This document shows positions 10,544 through 19,902 of a stretch of 64,000 bases of DNA, piece after piece. A program made the position numbers and the translations under genes. Location: positions 1-64,000 of the forward strand of contig JBEKYR010000014.1 of NCBI GenBank assembly GCA_049510745.1, read 5' to 3'. The notes below the pieces were generated by a model. The model had not been told where the DNA came from, did no database searches, and worked only from the letters and a program-made list of their open reading frames with translations. Origin of the DNA: Verrucomicrobiota bacterium (GTDB lineage: Bacteria > Verrucomicrobiota > Verrucomicrobiia > Limisphaerales > Palsa-1400). Numbering within the stretch: position 1 is the first letter of the stretch; each line of letters opens with the position of its first letter.

Positions 10544-10687
10544 GTGACGATTGGGTTATTGGGCATTCTTGTTTTCGTTGTCATCCGCGCCGACAGAACA
10601 TCCCGCAACAACGGGAGTCACCACAGTAAGCGCGCATAATTTCTTAAATACTCCAATATTCTTAGCAAAGCCCCCGTCTTCTGGGTA

Positions 10688-10702
10688 TCACGCAAACGCG
10701 GG
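10688..10702. promoter_or_regulatory. Putative regulator box, copy 1 (TCACGCAAACGCGGG)
   Basis: One of four near-identical 15-mers; lies about 145 bp upstream of the LamG gene. Confidence 0.65.
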
Positions 10703-10728
10703 TGCCCTTTCCTCCGCCCGGCGGCGCT

Positions 10729-11406
10729 TCAAAACAACCTTTCCTTCAACGCCTTGGCCACGGCTCCGGTCCGGGTGTGGACATGCAGCTTGGTGTAAAT
10801 GTTCCGCAAGTGCGTGTCCACCGTATGATAGCTCAGGTTCAGCTTGTCCGCAATTTCCTTCTTGATCAATCCGCTCACCATCAGTTCCAGGATTCCTTGT
10901 TCCCGTTCCGTCAATTTGTAGTCCTCCTGCGAGGCGGGGAGCCGGGAAAACATCTCCAGCACCGACCGCGCCACCTGCGGCGTCATGGGCGCGCCGCCGC
11001 CGTGGACTTCCCTGATGGCTTCGACCAGGTTTTCCGCCGGCGACGTTTTCAACAAATACCCGGAAGCCCCCGCGCAAATCGCCTTGAATATCTTGTCATG
11101 GCTGTCCACCACCGTGAGCATGATGATGTCGGTCGCGGGGGCAAGGGACTTGATGCGCTTGACAGCTTCCACGCCGTTCATGCCGGGCAGTTCCACATCC
11201 AGCAGCACGACGTCCGGCAGGACTCCTTCCTCCAAGGCTTCCAGCGCCTCCTCGGCGTTGGGATAGCGGTGGGCGCATTTCAAGAAGGGGACCCGGGCCA
11301 GGGCGCGGGCCACCGTGTTGCGGAACGTCTCGTTGTCTTCCACCAGCCAGACATTGATGAGGGGCTGGCCTTCGCCGCTCACAGGGGGGGACTTCTGAGG
11401 TTTCAT
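10729..11406 (-). CDS. NarL/LuxR-family response regulator
   Basis: VWLVEDN, LLDVELPGMNG, GASGYLLK, LTEREQGILELMVSGLIKKEIADKL...TVDTHLRNIYTKL. Start uncertain (11406-11490). Confidence 0.93.
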   Translation of the reverse strand: MKPQKSPPVSGEGQPLINVWLVEDNETFRNTVARALARVPFLKCAHRYPNAEEALEALEEGVLPDVVLLDVELPGMNGVEAVKRIKSLAPATDIIMLTVVDSHDKIFKAICAGASGYLLKTSPAENLVEAIREVHGGGAPMTPQVARSVLEMFSRLPASQEDYKLTEREQGILELMVSGLIKKEIADKLNLSYHTVDTHLRNIYTKLHVHTRTGAVAKALKERLF

Positions 11407-11505
11407 GAACGTTTTAATCGCGGCATCTTCCTGCATCATATTGTTGGTTGTTTCATAAACAAACTTCTCCCCATAGTTTAACACCATCATCGGCCTTTAA
11501 ACCAC

Positions 11506-11520
11506 CCCGCATTTACGTGA
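11506..11520. promoter_or_regulatory. Putative regulator box, copy 2 (TCACGTAAATGCGGG on the minus strand)
   Basis: Inverted copy overlapping the kinase stop codon, upstream of the response regulator. Confidence 0.6.
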
Positions 11521-14473
11521 TGGACGCCGTGACGGTGAAACGCGAGCCGCGTCCGGGCTGGCTCTGAATCTGCAATTCGCCCCTCAAGTCGGCCGCCCGC
11601 CGCCGCAGGTTCTTCAACCCGTTGCCGCGCCGCACCTGGCTCTCGTCGAATCCGGCGCCATCGTCTTCCACGCTCAAGCGGAACTGGTTGGAAGAGACTT
11701 TGACGAGAATCCGCACCCGCGTGGCGCGCGCGTGTTTGGCGATGTTGTGCAGGATTTCCTTGAACATCGGAAACACATTCTGCCGCAGGCGCAGCGAGGG
11801 CCGGGCCGAACCGGTTTCCCCTTCCACAACAATCTCGAACGGGATGCCGGGGAGCAGGGTCCGCGCCGTGTCTTTCATCCGCAAAACCAGGTCCTCCATG
11901 CTGTCGCCGGTCGGATCCAGAAACCACACGATGTCGCGCAGCGAGCCAACCGTGGCCAGCGCCACCCGCCGGATTTCATCCACCTCCGGCGCCGGAGAGG
12001 AAACCATTTCACTGAGCAAGGCGATGCTGCCGAGGTTGCTGCCCACTTCGTCATGCAGGTCGCTGGCGATGCGCAGCCGGAGGCGCGCCAGTTTTCGCTC
12101 GGAAGCCAGGCGCATTTCGTAAATCACCACCAGCAGCAGCACGACCGCGGCGACGCAGACCACCTTGAACCACCACGTCTGCCAGAAGTGAGGCAATATG
12201 ATCAAGGCCAGCGATGCCCCTTGCTCGTTCCAGACGCCGTCGTTGTTGCAGGCCTGCACCCGGAAACGGTAAGTCCCCGGATCCAGATGCGTGTAGTTGA
12301 CGCTGCGCCGCGTCCCGGCTTCAACCCAGTTCTCCTCCAATCCTTCCAACATGTATTTGAAGCGCACTTTTTTCGGCTCCGTCAAACTCAGCCCGGTGTA
12401 GTGGAATTCAAGCCGCTGAACGCCGGGGGCGATCTTCAGCGGCGTCTTGGCCAGGCCGGGCGCGCTTGAGCTGGCGGCGTCGGCGATGGATTTTCGTTCT
12501 CTTCCTTCAATCACTAATTGATCAACGGCCACGGGCGGAGGCAGCCGGTTGACGGGGATGTTTTCCGGATCCACCACCGCCAGGCCCCGCACGGTCGGAA
12601 ACCAGAGCCGTCCATCCCGCGTCTTGCAGCCGGAAGGCTGCGTGCCGCCGTTGCATTCCACGCTGGGCAAGCCGTCCGATTTGGTGAATGGAAGGCATTG
12701 AATCCAACGGCTCTGTCCGCTGGCGAACCGGTTCAGCTCCTTTTTGTTCACCCGAAAAACTCCGGCCAGCGAGCCGCACCATAAGTTGCCGCGGCCATCC
12801 TCCATGATCGATCCCAGCAAATCATTGGCCAGTCCGTCCTGGGTCGTGAAGCTGGTGAATTGGCCGTCCTTGAACCGGATCAATCCGCCGCCGAAAGTTC
12901 CGATCCAGAGCACCTCTTCCGCATCCAGGTACAACGAGCGGATGGATTCGTTGCCGAGTCCCTGGCTTCTTCCGAAATGAGTCTGCTGGCCGTTCTTGAG
13001 GCGGTAAAGCCCGTCGCCCTGCGTGCCGATCCACAGGTTGCCCTCCGGGTCCTCGGCCAGCGCGCGCACATCCGTGCCGGTCAGACGGCTCTGCAAGTTG
13101 AACACGACGGGTTTTCCGTCCTCCAAACACACGATTTCCGGCTTGGGCCGTTGCTGGCCCACCCAGAGGTTGCCCTTTGAATCTTCATACAGCGCGCACA
13201 CAATGCCACTGCATTCTCCCGGATTGGCGTAGGGCACGAATTTATCGCCCTGCATCCGGCACAGCCCCCCTCCCCAGGTGCCGGCCCAAAGCGTCTGCCG
13301 CCGATCATAGAATACCGAATGGACGTAATCGTTGGGCAATCCCTGGGCCGTGCCGTAATGCGTGATGACCCCGTCTTTGAGCCGGTCGGCCCCATCGGCG
13401 ATCATCCCGATCCACAGTTCGCCCTCCGCCCCCTCGCACACCGACATCACGCAATCCCCGGACAACCCTTGTTCCCGTCCATAACTCCGGAACACAACCG
13501 GTTTCACGCGGGCCAGCCCGCACGCATCGGTTCCCACCCATATATTGCCTTCGCGGTCCTCGCAGAGGGCACGGATGAACCCTCCGGGCAGCCCTTCCTT
13601 CTGGGAGAAGGCGCGGACGGCGCCGTTGGTGCCATAGCAGTACAATCCGCTGCCGTACGTCCCGACCCACACCTGGCCGCTATAATCTTCCTGGATACAA
13701 ACCACGCTTCCCTTGGACCAGGGGTAACTCCCGAAATCCGCGACGCAACGGCCCTGCCTGAACTTTTGCAGACGTCCGTTGGCCGCAACCCAGCATCCGC
13801 CCGCGCGGCTTCCCGCAATGACCGCCGGCGAAAACTCCCCGGCCGGAACCAATTCCATCACCCGGGTGTATTGACCGTCCTTCCACACCCCGACCTCCTT
13901 GTCTGTGGAGGCCCACACTTCGCCCTGCGCATCTGCCGTCAGGAAATTGACGCCGGTTTGCAACACCACAAAATTAGTGTGCGCAATCTCACCCTGGCCT
14001 TCCGGGAAGCGGATCAGTTCCTTGTCGGGACTCAGCAGCCAAAGCATGCCGTCTGGAGTCTCGGCAAACGTCTGGATATAGCCGGATAATTTCATCCAGC
14101 TTGGAGGCGAACAAACCTGGAACTGACCACCGGAATAGCGCACCAGGGAACCTTCTATGGTCCCAATCCACAGCGTCCCCAGCCGATCCTCGAAAAGCGA
14201 AAGGATTCGATTGCTCGGCAATCCAGGCGTGTCGTCTGGCGTAAACACCTTGAACTGCACCCCGTCAAAGCGCACCAGCCCGCCCGCCGTGCCGAGCCAA
14301 AGATACCCGTCGTGCGTCTGCACAATCGAGAGGACCGAGCTTTGCGGCAGGCCATCATCCACCTGCCAGGAGTCGATGCGATACGGCTGCGGCTCCGGCG
14401 CGCTCAAGGCCGTTCCCCCCGGAAGCAATAGAATGAGTATCAGGATCGCGCCTATGAATCGGTTCACGCTCAC
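11513..14473 (-). CDS. Sensor histidine kinase with periplasmic beta-propeller and Y_Y_Y domains (HisKA_3 type)
   Basis: Repeated ED..G.LWIGT..GL blades, FKYMLEG...YTHLDPGTYRFRV, TM helix, IASDLHDEVGSNL, EDDGAGF, GNGLKNLRRRA. Probable GTG start overlaps the upstream stop codon. Confidence 0.9.
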   Translation of the reverse strand: MSVNRFIGAILILILLLPGGTALSAPEPQPYRIDSWQVDDGLPQSSVLSIVQTHDGYLWLGTAGGLVRFDGVQFKVFTPDDTPGLPSNRILSLFEDRLGTLWIGTIEGSLVRYSGGQFQVCSPPSWMKLSGYIQTFAETPDGMLWLLSPDKELIRFPEGQGEIAHTNFVVLQTGVNFLTADAQGEVWASTDKEVGVWKDGQYTRVMELVPAGEFSPAVIAGSRAGGCWVAANGRLQKFRQGRCVADFGSYPWSKGSVVCIQEDYSGQVWVGTYGSGLYCYGTNGAVRAFSQKEGLPGGFIRALCEDREGNIWVGTDACGLARVKPVVFRSYGREQGLSGDCVMSVCEGAEGELWIGMIADGADRLKDGVITHYGTAQGLPNDYVHSVFYDRRQTLWAGTWGGGLCRMQGDKFVPYANPGECSGIVCALYEDSKGNLWVGQQRPKPEIVCLEDGKPVVFNLQSRLTGTDVRALAEDPEGNLWIGTQGDGLYRLKNGQQTHFGRSQGLGNESIRSLYLDAEEVLWIGTFGGGLIRFKDGQFTSFTTQDGLANDLLGSIMEDGRGNLWCGSLAGVFRVNKKELNRFASGQSRWIQCLPFTKSDGLPSVECNGGTQPSGCKTRDGRLWFPTVRGLAVVDPENIPVNRLPPPVAVDQLVIEGRERKSIADAASSSAPGLAKTPLKIAPGVQRLEFHYTGLSLTEPKKVRFKYMLEGLEENWVEAGTRRSVNYTHLDPGTYRFRVQACNNDGVWNEQGASLALIILPHFWQTWWFKVVCVAAVVLLLVVIYEMRLASERKLARLRLRIASDLHDEVGSNLGSIALLSEMVSSPAPEVDEIRRVALATVGSLRDIVWFLDPTGDSMEDLVLRMKDTARTLLPGIPFEIVVEGETGSARPSLRLRQNVFPMFKEILHNIAKHARATRVRILVKVSSNQFRLSVEDDGAGFDESQVRRGNGLKNLRRRAADLRGELQIQSQPGRGSRFTVTASIT

Positions 14474-17400
14474 GGATGATACGAAAACAAACCCAACTCC
14501 GCAATTGCCGGACAGACCGGGCATTTCACAATGCGCAGCCGCACTTGGCGGGTCGTGACAGGCTCGGTGCGAACCAGACGGCAATTGCCGATGCTCGTCC
14601 CTTTCGCAAACTCCAGCCATTGGCCGTCCTTCCATTGATCGAGCGCAAATTCCTCGACCCGCTGGCCCAACGGCAAATATTCGCGCAAGCGAACAAGGTT
14701 GAACGTGACCGGCTGCTTGAATTCCAAAACCAGCTCCGCGTTGGTCACCGCGTCGTCCGTCGCCCAATAAGTGTCGCGGCGGTCATCCAATACTTTTTCC
14801 GGCGCGAAATGCGAATCCTGGCCGCGAACATTGCTGGCCGTGACTCTTGCGTCACGGGCAAGGTCGCGGGCGAAGGTGGCGTCCAGCAGCCGGCGAAAAC
14901 CGTCGAGCGATTTCACATCGGCCTCGGGAATTTGCCCGCGCCGATCCGGCGGAATGTTCAACAACAACGTCGCTCCGCGTCCGACCGATTTGAAATACAG
15001 ATCCAGTAATTGCCCCGGCGTCTTCACCTTGTCATCTTCGTTTTTGTGGTAAAACCAGCCCGGCCGGATTGAAACGTCGCACTCCGCCGGCACCCAATCC
15101 GTGCCGGGCCGGTCGCCGCGATTGAGGCGTCTCTCATCCGCGTCGCCGGGCGCGTACTCGGCGGCGTTCAACGTCGCCCAGCAGGTTTCGCCCGCCACGC
15201 CGCTTTCGTTGCCCACCCAGCGGATGTCCGGGCCGCCGTCGCTGAAAATGCAGGCCCCCGGCTGCAGCTCGCGCACCAGTTGCCACGTCTTCGGCCAATC
15301 GTAGTACGTCTTCCGGTCGATGACGCGCCTTTCGTTCGCGCCGCCGTAATAGCCCGTGCCCCCATTGGCGCCGTCGAACCAGACTTCGCTGATCGGGCCG
15401 TAATTGGAAAGCAACTCTCGAAGCTGGTCGCGATAATGAGCGATGTATTCCGCTGTGCCGTAGTCCGCGCGGTTCCGGTCCCACGGCGAAAGATAGACGC
15501 CGAACCGCAAGCCCTGCCGCCGGCACGCCTCCGAAATTTCCTTCACCACGTCGCCCTGCCCGTCCCTCCACGGACTGTTCTTCACCGAATGCTCCGTGAA
15601 CTTCGAGGGCCACAGGCAAAACCCGTCGTGATGTTTCGCCGTCAAAATCAATTCCTTCATCCCCGCGTCATGGGCGGCGCGGACAATTTGCCCGGCGTCG
15701 AACGCGGTCGGGTTGAAAATCGTTTCCGGTTCGTTGCCCTCTCCCCACTCCTTGTCCGTGAACGTGTTCACCGTGAAATGGACGAAGCCGACCAATTCCA
15801 TTTGCTGCCACGCCAGTTGCCGTCGGCTCGGCGTCGGGCCGAACGGCGCGGGCGGTTCAACCATCTGCGCTTGAACAGACTTCAACCCGCCGTCGTGGCG
15901 ATAATTCACATCGAGCTGCGCCAGGCGCTCTTCATGCACTGCCAGCCGCCGCGTGAAGTCATCCCAGTTGCGCGCTTCTCTCGGCGACCAGCCGACTTCG
16001 GCCAGCGCGCACGCGCGCGGGAAAATCATGTATTCCGCCTGCCTGAAATTGGGAATGTATTCCGTCCACACGTTGCCTTGCGCGCCGAGGATGCGCGGTT
16101 GGAATTGCGCCGCCAGATTCGCGGGCGCCGGTTCAAACTCATAGACTTTCTCCAACGGCGTGTAACCGCCGATGGCGAACGGCTCGGTGGCGTGGTTTGT
16201 GGACTGGTAACTGTCAAAATAACAATAGCCCGTCGGCGTCATCACCGCGTCGTGTCCGCTGCCGGCCGCTTCCGCGCCGCCTCCTATCCAGTCCATCACC
16301 ACCGCGTCTTGCGCCAGGCCGCCTTGCAAAATCTCGCTCCAGCCGACGAGCGTGCGCCCGTGCGCCTGGACGAACTTTGCGATCCGCCGGATGAACCAGC
16401 TTTGCAATTCCTCCTCGTTTTTCAGTCCTTCCCGCTTCATCAGCGCCTGGCAGTCGGGGCTTTTCTTCCAATCCTCCTTCGGCACCTCATCGCCGCCGAT
16501 GTGAACATACTCCCCCGGAAACAGTTGAAACACTTCCGTCAGCACGTCCTCCAGAAATCCAAACGTCTCTTCCTTGGCCGGGTCGTAAATCCCGTTGAAG
16601 ACCCCGCCGATGAGCGGCGGCTCAAACGGCCCGCCGCCGCAACTGAATTGCGGATACGCCGACAGGGCCGCGCTCGAATGGCCGGGCATTTCGATTTCCG
16701 GAACAATCCTGATGTGCCGCGCCGCCGCGTACTTCACCACCGCGCGAATGTCGTCCTGCGTGTAAAAACCGCCGTAGCGTCCCTTCTTGTCGTAAGCCGT
16801 GCTGGCTTTGGCCTCCATGCCGAAACCGCTCCTGGTCCGCCACGCGCCGAGTTGCGTGAGCTTCGGATACTTCTTGATTTCGATCCGCCAGCCCTGGTCG
16901 TCCGCCAGATGCCAGTGAAACGTGTTCATCTTGTGCAACGCCATCTCGTCCAGCAGCCTCTCCACTTCCGCCTTCGTGAAGAAATGGCGGCTCACATCGA
17001 GCATCAGCCCGCGCCATTTGAAGCGCGGCTGGTCTTCGATTTGCACACACGGAATTTTCCAATCCGCTTTGCCCGCGGCCTGCGGCGAGAAAATTTCCGG
17101 CGGCAGCAATTGCAGGAGCGTTTGCGCGCCGTAAAACACTCCCGCCTCCGTCGGCGCGCGGATGACGACCGCGTCCGGCGCGACGGCCAATTCGTAGCCT
17201 TCCGCGCCCAGATTTGCGTTCGCCTGGTTTGTGGTCAGCACAATCGAGCCTGGGATCGCCGCACCTTCAACAGCTTTCCGGTCCACCCTGATCCGGTAGC
17301 CGGTGGATTGGCGCAGCCGTTCGGCGAGAAATTTACCCGTTTGGCGCGAGGCCGCGTCCACGCGGACGCGCGTGTCCGGCCCGAGTTGAAACACGCCCTC

Positions 17401-17523
17401 GCGCAGTTCCATCCTCTGCGGCGCGGGGATGATGGCCGGAACGCTGGCGCCGCCGGCGAAAACAGCCGGCGCCAAAAGCGAAGTGAGGATGACGATGCGC
17501 TTGTATTTCATGTTCATTTTCAT
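14470..17523 (-). CDS. GH20 beta-N-acetylhexosaminidase fused to GH29 alpha-L-fucosidase and an F5/8-type C-terminal module
   Basis: GH20: RGLMLDVSRHFF, PEIEMPGH, HIGGDEV. GH29: LTAKHHDGFCLWPS, YLSPWDRN, VWFDGA, ECDVSIRPGWFY. Confidence 0.92.
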   Translation of the reverse strand: MKMNMKYKRIVILTSLLAPAVFAGGASVPAIIPAPQRMELREGVFQLGPDTRVRVDAASRQTGKFLAERLRQSTGYRIRVDRKAVEGAAIPGSIVLTTNQANANLGAEGYELAVAPDAVVIRAPTEAGVFYGAQTLLQLLPPEIFSPQAAGKADWKIPCVQIEDQPRFKWRGLMLDVSRHFFTKAEVERLLDEMALHKMNTFHWHLADDQGWRIEIKKYPKLTQLGAWRTRSGFGMEAKASTAYDKKGRYGGFYTQDDIRAVVKYAAARHIRIVPEIEMPGHSSAALSAYPQFSCGGGPFEPPLIGGVFNGIYDPAKEETFGFLEDVLTEVFQLFPGEYVHIGGDEVPKEDWKKSPDCQALMKREGLKNEEELQSWFIRRIAKFVQAHGRTLVGWSEILQGGLAQDAVVMDWIGGGAEAAGSGHDAVMTPTGYCYFDSYQSTNHATEPFAIGGYTPLEKVYEFEPAPANLAAQFQPRILGAQGNVWTEYIPNFRQAEYMIFPRACALAEVGWSPREARNWDDFTRRLAVHEERLAQLDVNYRHDGGLKSVQAQMVEPPAPFGPTPSRRQLAWQQMELVGFVHFTVNTFTDKEWGEGNEPETIFNPTAFDAGQIVRAAHDAGMKELILTAKHHDGFCLWPSKFTEHSVKNSPWRDGQGDVVKEISEACRRQGLRFGVYLSPWDRNRADYGTAEYIAHYRDQLRELLSNYGPISEVWFDGANGGTGYYGGANERRVIDRKTYYDWPKTWQLVRELQPGACIFSDGGPDIRWVGNESGVAGETCWATLNAAEYAPGDADERRLNRGDRPGTDWVPAECDVSIRPGWFYHKNEDDKVKTPGQLLDLYFKSVGRGATLLLNIPPDRRGQIPEADVKSLDGFRRLLDATFARDLARDARVTASNVRGQDSHFAPEKVLDDRRDTYWATDDAVTNAELVLEFKQPVTFNLVRLREYLPLGQRVEEFALDQWKDGQWLEFAKGTSIGNCRLVRTEPVTTRQVRLRIVKCPVCPAIAELGLFSYHP

Positions 17524-19814
17524 TTCTCCGTCCTGACCCGCAGCGGCAGCCGCGCCCGGATGTCATCCGACGCCCCGCCCACGAGTATCTCATACCGGCC
17601 CGGCTCGACGAGGTATTGTTTCTTCACCGTGTCCCAAAAACGAAATTCTTTCACCGGCACTTCGATTTCCACCCGCGCCGTTTCCCCGCGTGCAACGTTC
17701 ACGCGGCGGAACCCGCACAACGCCTCGCGCGCCTGCGTCACCGCCGATTTTACATGGCGATAATAAATTTGCACCACTTCGTCGCCGTCGCGGCCGCCGG
17801 TGTTGCACACCTCCACGCTCACGCGCACGGTGTCGTTTGCGCCGGCCTGCGCGCGGTCCAGTCGCGCCGATCGGTATTGGAACTTCGTGTAGCTGAGGCC
17901 GTGGCCGAAAGCGAACAAGGGTTTGCCGCCGAAATACCGATACGTCCGATTTGACATCGCGTAATTGGTGAACTCCGGCAAATCTCCCGTCGAACGATAG
18001 AACGTGACCGGCAATCGCCCCGCGGGGCTGGTCGCGCCGAATAGAACCTCGGCCACAGCCGTCCCCCCCGCCTGCCCCGGATACCACGCCTGCACGATGG
18101 CGGGGATGTGGCGCGCGACCCACGGCATCGCCACCGCGCTGCCGCTGCAATTGATGAACACCACCGGCCGGCCCGTCCCGTGCAACGCTTTCAGCAAATT
18201 GATCTGCACCTCCGCCAACTCGATGCGCGTGCGGTCGCCGCCCAGGAAGCCCTCATTGGACACATGCAAATCCTCCCCTTCCAGTTCCGGGTTCAACCCC
18301 CCAACGTAAACGACCGCGTCCGCGGATTTCGCGGCGGCGACGGCCCTGGCCAGGGCCTCGGCGTTGGCCATTCCGTTGGCGCCGTTTTCGTCCAGCGAGA
18401 GCGGGCCGCCCGTTTCAAAAATCACCTCCGTGTTCGTGCCGGCCAGATTCCGGATGCCGCCGAGGATTGTCACCGGATGCGACGGCTTGCCGTTGTAATT
18501 GCCCAGCATCATGGGAACCGAGTCCGCGTTCGCGCCGATCACGGCCAGCCGCCTTGTTTTATGCCGGTCCAGGGGCAGCAGGCCGTCGTTTTTCAACAGC
18601 ACGATGGACTCGCGCGCCATTTGCAGGGCCAGCGCGCCGTGGGCGGCCGTGTCGTTCTCCGTGACGGGAATCTGCGCGTAAGGCACGGCCTCGGGCGGAT
18701 CAAACAAGCCGAGCCGAAAACGCGCCTCCAGCAGCCGCCCCAGCGCGGTGTCAATGTCCGACTCGGCCAGCAATCCCTCCTGCACCGCGTTGGTCAGGCT
18801 TTGATATTCCGAGCCGCAGGTCAAATCGCAGCCCGCCTTGAGCGCCAGCGCGGCGGCCTTCTCAAAGCTCACCACATATTTATGAAACTCCACCATGTCG
18901 TAAATCGCGCCGCAGTCCGAGACGACGTGCCCCTTGAAACCCCACTGACGCCGCAGCAAATCGGTCAGCAGCCATGAGCTGGCGCAGGCCGGCGTGCCGT
19001 AAAGCTGATTGTAAGCGCCCATCACCGCGCCGACGCCGCCCTCCCGCACCGCCGCCTCGAACTGGGGCAGGTACGTTTCATACAGATCGCGTTCCGGCGG
19101 CTCGGCGTTGAACCGATGGCGCACCGCCTCCGGCCCGCTATGGACGGCAAAATGTTTTGCGCACGCCATCGCCTTGACGTATTTCGCATCGTCGCCCTGC
19201 AACCCTTGGATGAACGCCACCGCCAAACGCGCCGTCAGAAACGGGTCTTCCCCGTACGTCTCCTGCCCCCGTCCCCAGCGCGGATCGCGAAAGAGGTTGA
19301 TGTTCGGCGACCAGAATGTCAGTCCGGTGTAGTTGTCGCTGTCTCCGTTGTGCGCCTCCGTGTATTCGCGATTCTTGGCCCGGGCTTCGGTCGCGATCAC
19401 ATCCCCCGCCTGATGCACGAGCGGCGTGTCCCACGTCGCCGCCATGCCGATGGCTTGGGGAAACACGGTCGCCACGCCGTTGCGCGCGACACCATGCAGG
19501 CCCTCGTTCCAGTAATCGTACGCCGGCAGGCCAAGGCGCGGAATGGCCGGGGCGTGGTTGCAAACCTGAAGCGCCTTTTCTTCCAGCGTCATCCTTCCCA
19601 CAAGGTCGCGCGCGCGCGCGTCGAGCGGTTGGGCCGGATCTCTCCATAAAGGAGCATCGCCGGCTTGGGCGCGGTTCATCCAAACCGGACCGAAAACAAG
19701 GAAAACAGACGCCAGCCAGACTTTCAAAACCGGAAACATCGCCCGACACCCGCGCCGCGCCGGCGTCTGTCGCTCCAAGTTTTCAAGGGCTTGTGGTTCC
19801 ATGGATTCCGTCAT
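17520..19814 (-). CDS. GH3 beta-glucosidase/beta-xylosidase with Fn3-like domain
   Basis: WNEGLHGV, RDPRWGRGQETYGEDP, CAKHFAVHSGPE, VVSDCGA, AWYPGQAGG, FGHGLSYT. Start uncertain (19739-19850). Confidence 0.92.
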   Translation of the reverse strand: MTESMEPQALENLERQTPARRGCRAMFPVLKVWLASVFLVFGPVWMNRAQAGDAPLWRDPAQPLDARARDLVGRMTLEEKALQVCNHAPAIPRLGLPAYDYWNEGLHGVARNGVATVFPQAIGMAATWDTPLVHQAGDVIATEARAKNREYTEAHNGDSDNYTGLTFWSPNINLFRDPRWGRGQETYGEDPFLTARLAVAFIQGLQGDDAKYVKAMACAKHFAVHSGPEAVRHRFNAEPPERDLYETYLPQFEAAVREGGVGAVMGAYNQLYGTPACASSWLLTDLLRRQWGFKGHVVSDCGAIYDMVEFHKYVVSFEKAAALALKAGCDLTCGSEYQSLTNAVQEGLLAESDIDTALGRLLEARFRLGLFDPPEAVPYAQIPVTENDTAAHGALALQMARESIVLLKNDGLLPLDRHKTRRLAVIGANADSVPMMLGNYNGKPSHPVTILGGIRNLAGTNTEVIFETGGPLSLDENGANGMANAEALARAVAAAKSADAVVYVGGLNPELEGEDLHVSNEGFLGGDRTRIELAEVQINLLKALHGTGRPVVFINCSGSAVAMPWVARHIPAIVQAWYPGQAGGTAVAEVLFGATSPAGRLPVTFYRSTGDLPEFTNYAMSNRTYRYFGGKPLFAFGHGLSYTKFQYRSARLDRAQAGANDTVRVSVEVCNTGGRDGDEVVQIYYRHVKSAVTQAREALCGFRRVNVARGETARVEIEVPVKEFRFWDTVKKQYLVEPGRYEILVGGASDDIRARLPLRVRTEK

Positions 19815-19869
19815 GTCTTGGCAATTCTGCCTGAAAAATGATTCTGACATCCTTGCGGACAAACCGCCT

Positions 19870-19884
19870 TCACGCAAACGCGGG
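19870..19884. promoter_or_regulatory. Putative regulator box, copy 3 (TCACGCAAACGCGGG)
   Basis: Identical to copy 1; upstream of the GH3 gene. Confidence 0.65.
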
Positions 19885-19902
19885 AGTTGTCCGGCCAGTG
19901 CC

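Noticed and set aside
14474..14767. Long N-terminal extensions in the ORF track (kinase, GH3, PilT, GspJ, GspK, RND permease)
   Set aside because: They overlap upstream genes; signal peptides and family N-termini point to later starts.
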